A stretch of 64,000 bases of DNA, taken from Candidatus Cohnella colombiensis (GTDB taxonomy: Bacteria; Bacillota; Bacilli; Paenibacillales; Paenibacillaceae). The translations under genes were made by a program, and so were the position numbers. Positions within the stretch are counted from its first letter, which is position 1; each line of letters opens with the position of its first letter. The stretch is from positions 1,704,261-1,768,260 of the forward strand of contig CP119317.1 in assembly GCA_029203125.1 (NCBI GenBank), in the 5' to 3' direction. Positions 26,514 through 35,355 of the stretch are shown piece by piece. The notes beneath the pieces were generated by a model. The model was not told the DNA's origin. It ran no database searches and saw only the letters and a list, made by a program, of their open reading frames with translations.

Positions 26514-28552
26514 TATACCGCAGACTAGCCTCTATTTCGATCAAGTTTTCCACTTGGGTCATAGGCTTTTGGGTCGTTCTGACGTGTTTCTTTGTTCCAT
26601 TTGCAGCACAGCTACCCTACGTTCTAGGCGATCATGGGTTAGTGACTGACGGGTCATATTCACAAGTTCAACAGATTCTATCCCAACAGTTTCATATGCC
26701 AGAAGAACCTATTATTCTTCTATTCGAGAATGATAAAGAAATGCCTAGACGTACATTTCATTCCTTGATCAAGCGAACTTTAACGCAGATAGAACGAATT
26801 GGAGGCGTTCATGTTTCATCCTCACCGCTTGAACAGAAGGAGATGGAGAAGGGCAATATTGCTTATGCTCTCCTTTCTGTACCTAACTCCATTCAGGAGA
26901 AGAGACAAGCCATAAAGCAAATACGTGAAGCGATTTCAGTAGATCGTAAAATCAGTATCAAACTTACTGGAAAGCCAGTCATACAAGAAGATGTGAACCG
27001 CTTAAGCAAGTACGACTTGAAGAGGGCAGAAAGAATCGGTATTCCCATTGCATTTATCATATTAGTAATGACTTTAGGAGGACTTTTATCTGCGATCATT
27101 CCCATTGTTGCTGGAGCAATGACTGTGGTCATCGCGATGGGAATCATGGATGTGATCGGGGATTACGGTGGCGTGTCTTTGTCCGTCTTTGTTTACAGTG
27201 TAATTCCAATGGTAGGGATGGCCGTATGCATCGATTTTGCTCTGCTAATGATCAGTAGGTTCAAGGAAGAAAATAGGCATTTACCCGCTAACGAAGCTCT
27301 ACTAATAACGATGGCTACTTCAGGTAGAGCGATTGTCATTTCTGTAGGTTGCGTCATTATGGCATTACTTGGAACGCTATATATACGTATGCCCATCTTC
27401 AATACGGTTACACTTGGTACACTTGTTGTTCTTACCGTTTCACTGATGATCAATCTGATATTTGTTCCAGCTCTGCTCTATAGGCTTCGAAAACAGCTTT
27501 ATTCCAGTCGAAAAGATAAATTTAAACAGAAGGGCAGAAGTCTATGGATGGCCTTCATTTACTTCATCATGAGATGGCCCCAAGCTTCTGCAATATTGGC
27601 GATAATAATTTTGTCGGTTAGCTTATATCCTGTTCTCACGATGCAAATTGGAATCCCTGGTCCAGAGTCGCTGCCCAAAAATAACGAAGCTCGTATTGCA
27701 TCAGAAAAGCTAGCGAAGTGGTTTGAATCTCCGTTTGTTTCTAACGTATGGATAATCGCAAAGGATAAAAATCAAGAAATTCAACAAGACATCCTGCGCA
27801 CTCTTGAGCAGGACTCCAGAGTTATTCATGTCGATGCAGTCAGGTCATATGTAAACAAGGAAACAACCTTCATTAATGTGTGGCTACAAGGAAATGAATC
27901 ATCTAGAGAAGTGAGAGAATGGATTCTTGAACGATCAAACCAATTCGCCATGCTAGGCGTTCAAATAGGTGGGGAGCCGAAGTATAAACAGGAAATAGTT
28001 GATGAGGTTTTTTATCGATTGAAATATGTTCTATTTATCGTAATCTGCTCTAACTGGATCATATTGACTATCGCTTTTCGTTCATTGCTCATTCCATTGA
28101 AAGCGATCGTAATGAATCTAGTTAGCATATTCGCATCGTTTGGCATCCTTACGTGGATATTTCAAGAAGGCAAGTTAGGAATGGAGACTTCAAATATTGC
28201 GATTATGATTCCTATATTTATATTTGGTTTGACCTTCGGAATCAGTATGGATTATGGCATCTTTCTGCTATCTCGAATCTATGAGGGATATAAAAATTCA
28301 TTAGATAACGAGCATTCGATTAGGGAAGGGCTCGCGGTTTCGGGGAAAATTATCACTTCAGCGGCAGCCATCATGATCGCAGTAACAGCCCCGTTTGCTC
28401 TAGCCGAAGTCTCAGGAGTAAGACAGCTTGGAATTGGCATCGCAATCGCAATATTTTTGGATGCTACAATCGTCCGTATGGTGTTAGTGCCTGCTTTAAT
28501 GAAATGGTTTGGAAAGTGGAACTGGTGGTCGCCATTTAACAAAAAACTGTAA
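26510..28552 (+). CDS. MMPL-family (RND superfamily) lipid exporter
   Basis: 680 aa arranged as two blocks of 6 TM helices, each with an extracytoplasmic loop. The ATGA start overlaps the KAS stop. Confidence 0.8.
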   Translation: MIYRRLASISIKFSTWVIGFWVVLTCFFVPFAAQLPYVLGDHGLVTDGSYSQVQQILSQQFHMPEEPIILLFENDKEMPRRTFHSLIKRTLTQIERIGGVHVSSSPLEQKEMEKGNIAYALLSVPNSIQEKRQAIKQIREAISVDRKISIKLTGKPVIQEDVNRLSKYDLKRAERIGIPIAFIILVMTLGGLLSAIIPIVAGAMTVVIAMGIMDVIGDYGGVSLSVFVYSVIPMVGMAVCIDFALLMISRFKEENRHLPANEALLITMATSGRAIVISVGCVIMALLGTLYIRMPIFNTVTLGTLVVLTVSLMINLIFVPALLYRLRKQLYSSRKDKFKQKGRSLWMAFIYFIMRWPQASAILAIIILSVSLYPVLTMQIGIPGPESLPKNNEARIASEKLAKWFESPFVSNVWIIAKDKNQEIQQDILRTLEQDSRVIHVDAVRSYVNKETTFINVWLQGNESSREVREWILERSNQFAMLGVQIGGEPKYKQEIVDEVFYRLKYVLFIVICSNWIILTIAFRSLLIPLKAIVMNLVSIFASFGILTWIFQEGKLGMETSNIAIMIPIFIFGLTFGISMDYGIFLLSRIYEGYKNSLDNEHSIREGLAVSGKIITSAAAIMIAVTAPFALAEVSGVRQLGIGIAIAIFLDATIVRMVLVPALMKWFGKWNWWSPFNKKL

Positions 28553-28737
28553 TAGCATTTATTCGGTTTTGCGGAAGGGCTTCGAGTTTTATTAGGAAGA
28601 GGGAGTTATATCTTTCAGATTCAAGTGCCCATTGCATTGCAGAACTAACATTATTAAGAATGCGGGATAACAATGCAATGGCTTTGATTTAAGGTTTAAT
28701 GGCTTTCCATGGAAGTTGTCCTCCGACCTTGAAGATC

Positions 28738-29157
28738 TTAAGGCTGTTGCCCCTGATACACCATCTGCTGGCCAGGCTGCATAGTCGTTGTCATCTCTGA
28801 ATAGGTCTTTTGACAAGCCATGTTAGAAATACGAGGTATAGTTACGATTTCACTTGGATTCAATTGGTTCGGATTTGTAAGGTGGGGATTAGCCTCCTCC
28901 AAAATGGAAAATGGGATGTTATATTTGTGACTAATAGCAGCCAACGACTCGCCAGGTTGGGCTTGGTGCTGCACGAATATCATGTCATCCGATTTACCAT
29001 CTCTGAAAAATGAAAAAAAGAAAGGAGAGAAGGAGAAAAACGGAAATAAGAAACGGTTAGGGAAAAAAGGATGGGGAAAAGGACGAAAAAAGGGGCGACC
29101 GAATCCTCCACCAAAACCTCCGCCAAAGCCACCACCGGGAAAAAAACCACGATCCAT
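28738..29157 (-). CDS. LysM-domain protein with a Gly/Phe/Pro low-complexity N-terminus (spore-coat-like candidate)
   Basis: N-terminus MDRGFFPGGGFGGGFGGGFGRPFFRPFPHPFFP.., followed by a LysM-like segment (VQHQAQPGESLAAISHKYNIPFSILEEANPHL...IVTIP). GGTGGAGG RBS. Confidence 0.65.
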   Translation of the reverse strand: MDRGFFPGGGFGGGFGGGFGRPFFRPFPHPFFPNRFLFPFFSFSPFFFSFFRDGKSDDMIFVQHQAQPGESLAAISHKYNIPFSILEEANPHLTNPNQLNPSEIVTIPRISNMACQKTYSEMTTTMQPGQQMVYQGQQP

Positions 29158-29232
29158 AAGATAACCTCCACCTATATAGTTATTAGTCTATATAGCTTAT
29201 TGCCTTGAGATCATATGGTTACAAAAATATTC

Positions 29233-30111
29233 TCATCTAATCCGTTCGATAAAACTTCTTGCCGCACTGGTAAGCGGCATATTTCGCATGATCATAATCC
29301 CCACATGAGAGGGCGGCAACGGTACATCTAATTGGATCTCGAAGAGAGAGCCCTCATCCAGCTCCTTCGAAACGAATTCCCTGGTTACGTAAGAGATCCC
29401 GAGACCTCTCTTCGCAAACTCAATGAGAAGATCTACGCTTCCTACCTCGATTTCAGGTTTGAGCGTAAGACCGTAGCTTTGAAAGATTTCAGTAATCGCC
29501 ATTCGAGCACGGCTATTCCGTGAGAACAGGATGACAGGATGCTGGAGCAGCATATTCAGCGATAGAACTTTGTCCTTAAGCTCCGCGTACCTTGCTCCCG
29601 CCACAAAACAATCCTGTAGTTGAAAGCTCTCCCGCACTTCAAGCTGAGAATCAATGATCGGCATGCGAACGACACCAAGGTCGATCCTGCCTTCTTTTAA
29701 GAAAGTGATGACTTCAGGCGTCGTTCCGTGATTCAGGTGTAGCTTGATACCTGGATGTTGCTGATGAAAGTCTTCCAGATAAGGAAGCAAATAATGCTTA
29801 AACAACGAATCGCTTCCGCCGACCCGCAGCTCGCCGCTGTCCAAATTTTTAAGTGCAGCCATTTTTTCTTCCGCCATCGTGATTAAGATTTGAGACTGCT
29901 CGATATAGGAATACAGAATTATACCTTCTTGAGTTAGCTCCACACCTTTGGCATTCCGATAAAACAACGTGTTACCGAAGCTGTATTCCAGCTGTTTGAT
30001 TGCATGGCTAACACTCGGTTGAGTGATGAATAGCGCCTTGGCAGCCTGGGTCAAGCTTCCCGTTTTCGCCGCCCAATAAAATACTTTGTACAACTCATAA
30101 TTATTAATCAT
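29233..30111 (-). CDS. LysR-family transcriptional regulator
   Basis: HTH LTQAAKALFITQPSVSHAIKQLE; 292 aa. Divergent from zwf. Confidence 0.88.
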   Translation of the reverse strand: MINNYELYKVFYWAAKTGSLTQAAKALFITQPSVSHAIKQLEYSFGNTLFYRNAKGVELTQEGIILYSYIEQSQILITMAEEKMAALKNLDSGELRVGGSDSLFKHYLLPYLEDFHQQHPGIKLHLNHGTTPEVITFLKEGRIDLGVVRMPIIDSQLEVRESFQLQDCFVAGARYAELKDKVLSLNMLLQHPVILFSRNSRARMAITEIFQSYGLTLKPEIEVGSVDLLIEFAKRGLGISYVTREFVSKELDEGSLFEIQLDVPLPPSHVGIMIMRNMPLTSAARSFIERIR

Positions 30112-30232
30112 AGATGTAGTCTATAGCTCCTCTAAAATATATTAATTACATGTATGACCTCTATTCGTATTATAGTTAAACTACAACAAAGATACCAGAG
30201 CTTGCACGAGCTCTAATCGAGGGAGAATAAAG

Positions 30233-31759
30233 ATGGAACCGACTACTTTTATCTTGTTCGGGGCAACGGGGGATTTAGCTAAAAGGAAAATATACCCTGC
30301 CCTATATAATTTATTCATTGACGGAAAGCTGCCACAAGCATTTTCTTTAGTGGGACTTGGAAGAAGAGAATGGACGGATGAAACGTTTCAAGCTAACGTT
30401 GAGCATTCACTTCACCAATTTTCCAGACGAAACGCGAAAGATGCCGGATTAGTCAATCGATTTTTGAGTGCATTCCGTTACAGCGTATTGGATATTGGAC
30501 ATAAAGACGATTACCGAAAGCTGTCTGAGCTGATTAAACAGCGGGAAGATGAGCTTCAAATGCCACCGAATCGCTTGTATTATTTATCCGTTGGACCTGA
30601 ATATTTCGAAACGATCGCTGCCAACATCCAGGATAGCGAACTTGGGTCTGCGAACGGTTCGAAGCGTCTCGTCATCGAGAAACCTTTCGGCTATGATTTG
30701 CAATCGGCTCGGAATTTAAATGAAAAATTGAGCAAAGCATTCGCAGAAGACGAAATTTACCGTATCGATCATTATCTTGGAAAACCAATTGTTCAGAAGC
30801 TTGAATCACTGCAACAAGCAAATCCAGTCATTCAAGCGATTTGGACTAATAAATACATTGCCAATGTGCAGATTACTGCAAATGAATCGGTCGGGGTCGA
30901 AGAGAGAGCAGGTTATTACGATCATGTTGGCGCCTTGAGAGACATGTTCCAAAACCATATGTTGCAATTGCTGATGATGACGGCGATTCACGTTCCTCAC
31001 GGCAGTACCTCTGAGCAGGTGCGCTTCAAGAAGAAAAAAGTGATGGAAGCTGTTGAACTGTTGCAAAGAGAAGATGTCAGTGCCCACATCATTCGCGGGC
31101 AATACAAGGAAGGTAGCATTCAAGGGAAGCCGGTGATCGGCTATACTTCCGAACCGGGAATCTCGCCAACTTCGATGAACGATACATTTATTGCCGCCAA
31201 ACTTATGATCGACAATAGTTATTGGCGGGGAGTTCCGTTTTATATTCGAACGGGCAAACGTATGAAACAAAAATCGACGAGAATCGTGGTTGAGTTTAGA
31301 GAACCCTTAGAGCAAAATTTATCGACGAACGGTGAGCGAATCGAACCCAATCTACTCGTCATCGAGATTAGCCCTAACGAAAGCATGACACTGCAGCTCA
31401 ATACAAAAAATCCTGGTCATAACGTGGCGTTCAAGCCCATCCATCTCGACCTGCACTCTAAACAAGAAAACTCTCCTGAGGCGTATGAAAATTTGATTCA
31501 CGATGCGTTGCAGGGAGATGGGACATTTTTTGCGCATTGGGATGAGGTCGAGTTGTCATGGCAATGGGTACAGCCTATTCTGGACGCGTTTGCAGAGAAC
31601 AGCGTTCCGCTTCATCCCTATGCTGCGGGAACATATGGTCCTGCAGCGTCCGATGAATTACTTGCGAAGGACGGCTATCATTGGTGGTTTGATGAGCAGC
31701 CTACACAAAATAATGAAATCAAAGAAGGGGTACAATATGCCTACAGTACAAACAATTGA
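30233..31759 (+). CDS. zwf: glucose-6-phosphate 1-dehydrogenase
   Basis: [15 protein letters not shown] motif, RIDHYLGK active-site motif and EKPFG; 508 aa. Confidence 0.93.
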   Translation: MEPTTFILFGATGDLAKRKIYPALYNLFIDGKLPQAFSLVGLGRREWTDETFQANVEHSLHQFSRRNAKDAGLVNRFLSAFRYSVLDIGHKDDYRKLSELIKQREDELQMPPNRLYYLSVGPEYFETIAANIQDSELGSANGSKRLVIEKPFGYDLQSARNLNEKLSKAFAEDEIYRIDHYLGKPIVQKLESLQQANPVIQAIWTNKYIANVQITANESVGVEERAGYYDHVGALRDMFQNHMLQLLMMTAIHVPHGSTSEQVRFKKKKVMEAVELLQREDVSAHIIRGQYKEGSIQGKPVIGYTSEPGISPTSMNDTFIAAKLMIDNSYWRGVPFYIRTGKRMKQKSTRIVVEFREPLEQNLSTNGERIEPNLLVIEISPNESMTLQLNTKNPGHNVAFKPIHLDLHSKQENSPEAYENLIHDALQGDGTFFAHWDEVELSWQWVQPILDAFAENSVPLHPYAAGTYGPAASDELLAKDGYHWWFDEQPTQNNEIKEGVQYAYSTNN

Positions 31760-33731
31760 TCAATTAGCCATCGACACGATTCGCACATTATCTATCGACG
31801 CCATCAACAGCGCCAATTCAGGCCATCCGGGACTACCTATGGGCGCTGCGCCAATGGCTTACGCGCTATGGTCCGCACATTTGAATCATAATCCCGGCAA
31901 CGCCAAATGGTTTAACCGCGACCGTTTCGTTCTTTCGGCGGGTCACGGGTCAGCATTGCTTTACAGCTTGTTGCATTTGTCCGGTTATCGTGTGTCGATC
32001 GACGATTTGAAACAATTTCGCAAGCTGAATAGCCTAACCCCGGGACATCCCGAATTCGGTCACACGGATGGTGTAGATGCAACTACGGGTCCATTGGGTC
32101 AAGGGATTGCTATGGCCGTCGGAATGGCAATGGCCGAAGCTCATCTCGCTTCAAAATACAATCAAGACGGGTATCCGGTCGTAGATCATCATACGTATGC
32201 TCTTGTCGGTGACGGTTGTATGATGGAGGGGATTTCTTACGAAGCCATGTCCATGGCTGGACATATGAAGCTTGGCAAATTGATCGTGCTGTATGATTCC
32301 AATGACATCTCACTGGATGGCCATCTTAACCTTTCCTTCGGAGAAAATATTCAGAAGAGAGCCGAGTCAGCGAATTGGCAGTATTTACGGGTCGAGGACG
32401 GCAATAACATCACGCATATCGCTGAAGCGATCGCTGCTGCCAAACAAGACGATTCCAAACCAACACTTATCGAGATTCGTACGACGATCGGTTATGGTAG
32501 TAAAGTAGCTGGAACGAACAAAGCGCACGGTAATCCACTTGGCAAAGATGAGGCTAAGGCAACTAAGGAAGCGTATGGCTGGAAATATGAGGAAGAGTTC
32601 ACTGTTCCGGCATCCGTCAAAGCGCATTTCGAGCTACTAAAACAAAATGGTGCTGCAAAAGAAGCAGAGTGGAATAAACTGATCTCTTCCTATTCGGAGC
32701 AATATCCATCGCAAGGCAAGGAGCTTGCGCAAGTCATCGACGGTTCTGTGTCGATAGATACCACAGACATCCTAACGTTCGATACTTCCAAAACCGTATC
32801 AACCCGCGTAGCTAGCGGGGAAGCTATCAATCATTTTGTGAAAACCGTTCCTTCTATATTCGGCGGTAGCGCGGATTTATCAGGGTCGACAATGACAGAC
32901 ATCAAAGGCGAACAAAAGTTTGCTGTCGATTCTTATTCGGGCCGTAACATCTACTTTGGTGTTCGTGAGCATGCCATGGGCGCTGCTGGCAACGGCATGG
33001 CGCTACATGGAGGTGTCAAATCGTTCGTCAGCACCTTCTTCGTCTTTAGTGATTATTTGCGCCCGGCAATCCGATTGGCGGCGTTACAGAAGTTGCCTGT
33101 CATCTATGTATTTACCCATGATTCCATTGCGGTCGGGGAAGATGGACCTACACATGAACCTGTGGAGCAATTGGCCGCGCTGCGTACGATACCTGGACTT
33201 ACGGTGATCAGACCGACCGATGCCAATGAAACGGCTAGTGCTTGGGCATATGCATTAGAGCAAAAGGAAGGTCCGGTTGCACTGATATTAAGTAGACAGA
33301 ATCTGCCGATCTACGAAGCGACCAAAGGGAATAAGGAAGCAGTAGCCAAAGGAGCATACATCCTAACAGAAACGAATGCTCAACCGGACGTCATTCTGAT
33401 CGGTACTGGATCTGAGGTTTCAATAGCGGTAAGCGCCAAAGAGGAGCTCGAGCGCGATAACATTTCCGTTCGCGTTGTAGCTATGCCGAGCAGAGAGCTG
33501 TTCTCTCGTCAACCCGAAGCCTATCAATCGAGTGTTCTTCCCGAATCCGTCACGAAACGAATTGCGATCGAAGCGGGTATCTCCTTAGGCTGGGAACGTT
33601 ACACGGGACCACAAGGGAAAATATTGTCGATCGATACGTTTGGTGCTTCGGGGCCGGGTAACGAGGTGTTGGCTCATTTCGGATTTACTTCGGAGAACGT
33701 CGTTCATATGACGAAGGAATTGCTGAAATAA
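31737..33731 (+). CDS. tkt: transketolase
   Basis: [32 protein letters not shown].. N-terminus, GDGCMMEG ThDP motif and [16 protein letters not shown]; 664 aa. ATG 31737 follows AAGAAGGGG and overlaps the zwf 3' end. Confidence 0.93.
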   Translation: MPTVQTIDQLAIDTIRTLSIDAINSANSGHPGLPMGAAPMAYALWSAHLNHNPGNAKWFNRDRFVLSAGHGSALLYSLLHLSGYRVSIDDLKQFRKLNSLTPGHPEFGHTDGVDATTGPLGQGIAMAVGMAMAEAHLASKYNQDGYPVVDHHTYALVGDGCMMEGISYEAMSMAGHMKLGKLIVLYDSNDISLDGHLNLSFGENIQKRAESANWQYLRVEDGNNITHIAEAIAAAKQDDSKPTLIEIRTTIGYGSKVAGTNKAHGNPLGKDEAKATKEAYGWKYEEEFTVPASVKAHFELLKQNGAAKEAEWNKLISSYSEQYPSQGKELAQVIDGSVSIDTTDILTFDTSKTVSTRVASGEAINHFVKTVPSIFGGSADLSGSTMTDIKGEQKFAVDSYSGRNIYFGVREHAMGAAGNGMALHGGVKSFVSTFFVFSDYLRPAIRLAALQKLPVIYVFTHDSIAVGEDGPTHEPVEQLAALRTIPGLTVIRPTDANETASAWAYALEQKEGPVALILSRQNLPIYEATKGNKEAVAKGAYILTETNAQPDVILIGTGSEVSIAVSAKEELERDNISVRVVAMPSRELFSRQPEAYQSSVLPESVTKRIAIEAGISLGWERYTGPQGKILSIDTFGASGPGNEVLAHFGFTSENVVHMTKELLK

Positions 33732-33765
33732 CACTGTATTAAAAAATTAATAGGAGGTTACTCAA

Positions 33766-34431
33766 ATGAAATTTTTTATCGATACAGCAAATTTGGTAGA
33801 TATAAAAAAGGCGTATCAAATCGGCGTCTTATCTGGTGTCACGACGAATCCGTCTTTAGTAGCAAAAGAAGGCGTAAAATTCGAAGATCGAATCGCCGAA
33901 ATATTGCGTGAAGTTCCTGAGGTGGAATCGGTTTCCGCAGAAGTTACTCCTGATGCGCTTACGGCGCAAGAGATGATCGCACAAGCGAACGAATTAATCA
34001 AAATTAACGATGGCGACAAAAACATCACGATCAAGCTTCCGATGACGTTAGCAGGCTTAGAGGCTTGCCGTTACTTGACGAAAAAGGGTGTTAAAACAAA
34101 CGTGACATTGATCTTCACGGTGAACCAAGCGCTCCTAGCCGCTCGCGCAGGTGCTACCTATGTATCTCCGTTTCTTGGTCGCCTTGATGACATTTCGGAA
34201 GATGGTGTCCTATTGGTCTCAAAAATCGCTGAGTTGTTCCGGATTCACAATCTAGATGCGCAAATTATTGCCGCATCTGTCCGGCATCCCGATCACGTCA
34301 CTCGCGTAGCGATGGCAGGCGCGCACATCGCGACGATCCCATTCTCGGTTATCGAACAAATTTCCAAACATCCGCTTACGGATCAAGGGATGGACAAATT
34401 CGCTGCCGATTGGAAAAAAGCAGTTCAATAA
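33766..34431 (+). CDS. tal: transaldolase (short Fsa/Tal type)
   Basis: Closely matches my memory of B. subtilis Tal ([38 protein letters not shown]). Confidence 0.92.
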   Translation: MKFFIDTANLVDIKKAYQIGVLSGVTTNPSLVAKEGVKFEDRIAEILREVPEVESVSAEVTPDALTAQEMIAQANELIKINDGDKNITIKLPMTLAGLEACRYLTKKGVKTNVTLIFTVNQALLAARAGATYVSPFLGRLDDISEDGVLLVSKIAELFRIHNLDAQIIAASVRHPDHVTRVAMAGAHIATIPFSVIEQISKHPLTDQGMDKFAADWKKAVQ

Positions 34432-34435
34432 AAGA

Positions 34436-34472
34436 AGAAACCTACATCTCATGGATGTGGGTTTCTTTTTTA
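34436..34472 (+). terminator. rho-independent terminator after tal
   Basis: AGAAACCTACATC / GATGTGGGTTTCT stem followed by TTTTTT. Confidence 0.85.
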
Positions 34473-34524
34473 TTAGGACATCAAACAGATTATCCAGCAG
34501 ATTAAGTTTATCCAAACGATAGTG

Positions 34525-34576
34525 TTGACACGACACCAAATGGTGACCTATAATAAAAGCGTCACTAAATGGTGTC
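34525..34576 (+). promoter_or_regulatory. sigmaA-type promoter with two copies of a 16-bp ArsR-type operator
   Basis: TTGACA (34525-34530), an 18-bp spacer, then TATAAT (34549-34554). GACACCAAATGGTGAC (34532-34547) lies in the spacer and GTCACTAAATGGTGTC (34561-34576) lies just downstream of the -10. Confidence 0.6.
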
Positions 34577-34628
34577 CTATTTCAATTAATGGCTATCCCT
34601 ATGGCAATAATATCTAGGAGAGAGTGAT

Positions 34629-34958
34629 GTGACCGAGAATAAGCAGTTTCGCGATACGTTTGACGCGATTGCAGATCCGACGAGGCGCCGACTGATTCGT
34701 CTGTTAGCAGAAGCTGAGGAGATACCGCTTCATGAGCTAACGGCACAGTTTCAAATGGGACGGACAGCGGTATCCAAACATTTGGCAATTCTTAAAGAAG
34801 CCGGATTAGTTGCTGACCGAAAAGTCGGTAGAGAAACACGATTTCGGCTGAACGCTTCACCACTTAGAGAAATTCATGATTGGATAGCGTTCTACAGCAA
34901 GTTCTGGAGTACGAATATGTTACGTTTGAACCAACTATTAGAGGAGGAAGAACAATGA
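34629..34958 (+). CDS. ArsR/SmtB-family transcriptional regulator (no metal-sensing cysteines)
   Basis: wHTH pattern DPTRRRLIRLL...LTAQFQMGRTAVSKHLAILKEAGLV with no Cys residues. GTG start follows an AGGAGAG RBS. Confidence 0.85.
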   Translation: MTENKQFRDTFDAIADPTRRRLIRLLAEAEEIPLHELTAQFQMGRTAVSKHLAILKEAGLVADRKVGRETRFRLNASPLREIHDWIAFYSKFWSTNMLRLNQLLEEEEQ

Positions 34959-35353
34959 GTTTATCATTATCTTTGGATTATCAGTACACAACAACAATTG
35001 AAAAGGCTTGGTCCGCCTTAACCGATTCAAACAAGCTTGCAAAGTGGATTTTGGAAAATGACTTTAAACCAGTCGTAGGACACCGTTTTCAATTTCGCAC
35101 TCAACCGAACGAATGGTGGAATGGAATAATTGAAGGTGAAGTGCTTGTCGTGGACGAACCAAATCTCTTGTCCTATACTTGGGGGGTCACAGGAGAGGTA
35201 CACACGGTAACCTGGACGCTGCAGGATTTAGGGGAAGGGAAGGTTAACCTTCATCTCGAGCAAACCGGATTCTCAAATGCTCAAGGGCTTGAAGGCGCTA
35301 GGTATGGTTGGGGTAATTGGTTCGGTGGTTTTGAAAAGGTGTTGGAACTTTAA
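34955..35353 (+). CDS. SRPBCC / AHSA1-family protein
   Basis: About 132 aa. The ATGA start overlaps the ArsR stop. Has the typical ..W.ALTD...L.KW... N-terminus and a GW..GW C-terminus. The ORF-track start at 34880 is rejected. Confidence 0.75.
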   Translation: MSLSLSLDYQYTTTIEKAWSALTDSNKLAKWILENDFKPVVGHRFQFRTQPNEWWNGIIEGEVLVVDEPNLLSYTWGVTGEVHTVTWTLQDLGEGKVNLHLEQTGFSNAQGLEGARYGWGNWFGGFEKVLEL

Positions 35354-35355
35354 CC

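Noticed and set aside
21079-28737. att-like direct repeats flanking the recombinase plus PKS block (TTCGGTTTT at about 21116 and 28564; GGTTTAAT at about 21131 and 28703)
   Set aside because: The matches are only 8-9 nt in AT-rich DNA, which is within chance expectation. They need a computed repeat search before any claim.
28982-29164. 60-aa Lys/Gly/Pro-rich plus-strand ORF
   Set aside because: It is a mirror image of the Gly/Phe/Pro low-complexity coding tract of the LysM gene on the minus strand. It is an artefact of repeat composition.
31503-31736. The ORF track extends the transketolase frame to ATG 31503 (742 aa)
   Set aside because: The extra 78 codons lie inside the zwf coding region in another frame and do not resemble transketolase. 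ATG 31737 with an AAGAAGGGG RBS gives the canonical [16 protein letters not shown].. N-terminus and 664 aa.
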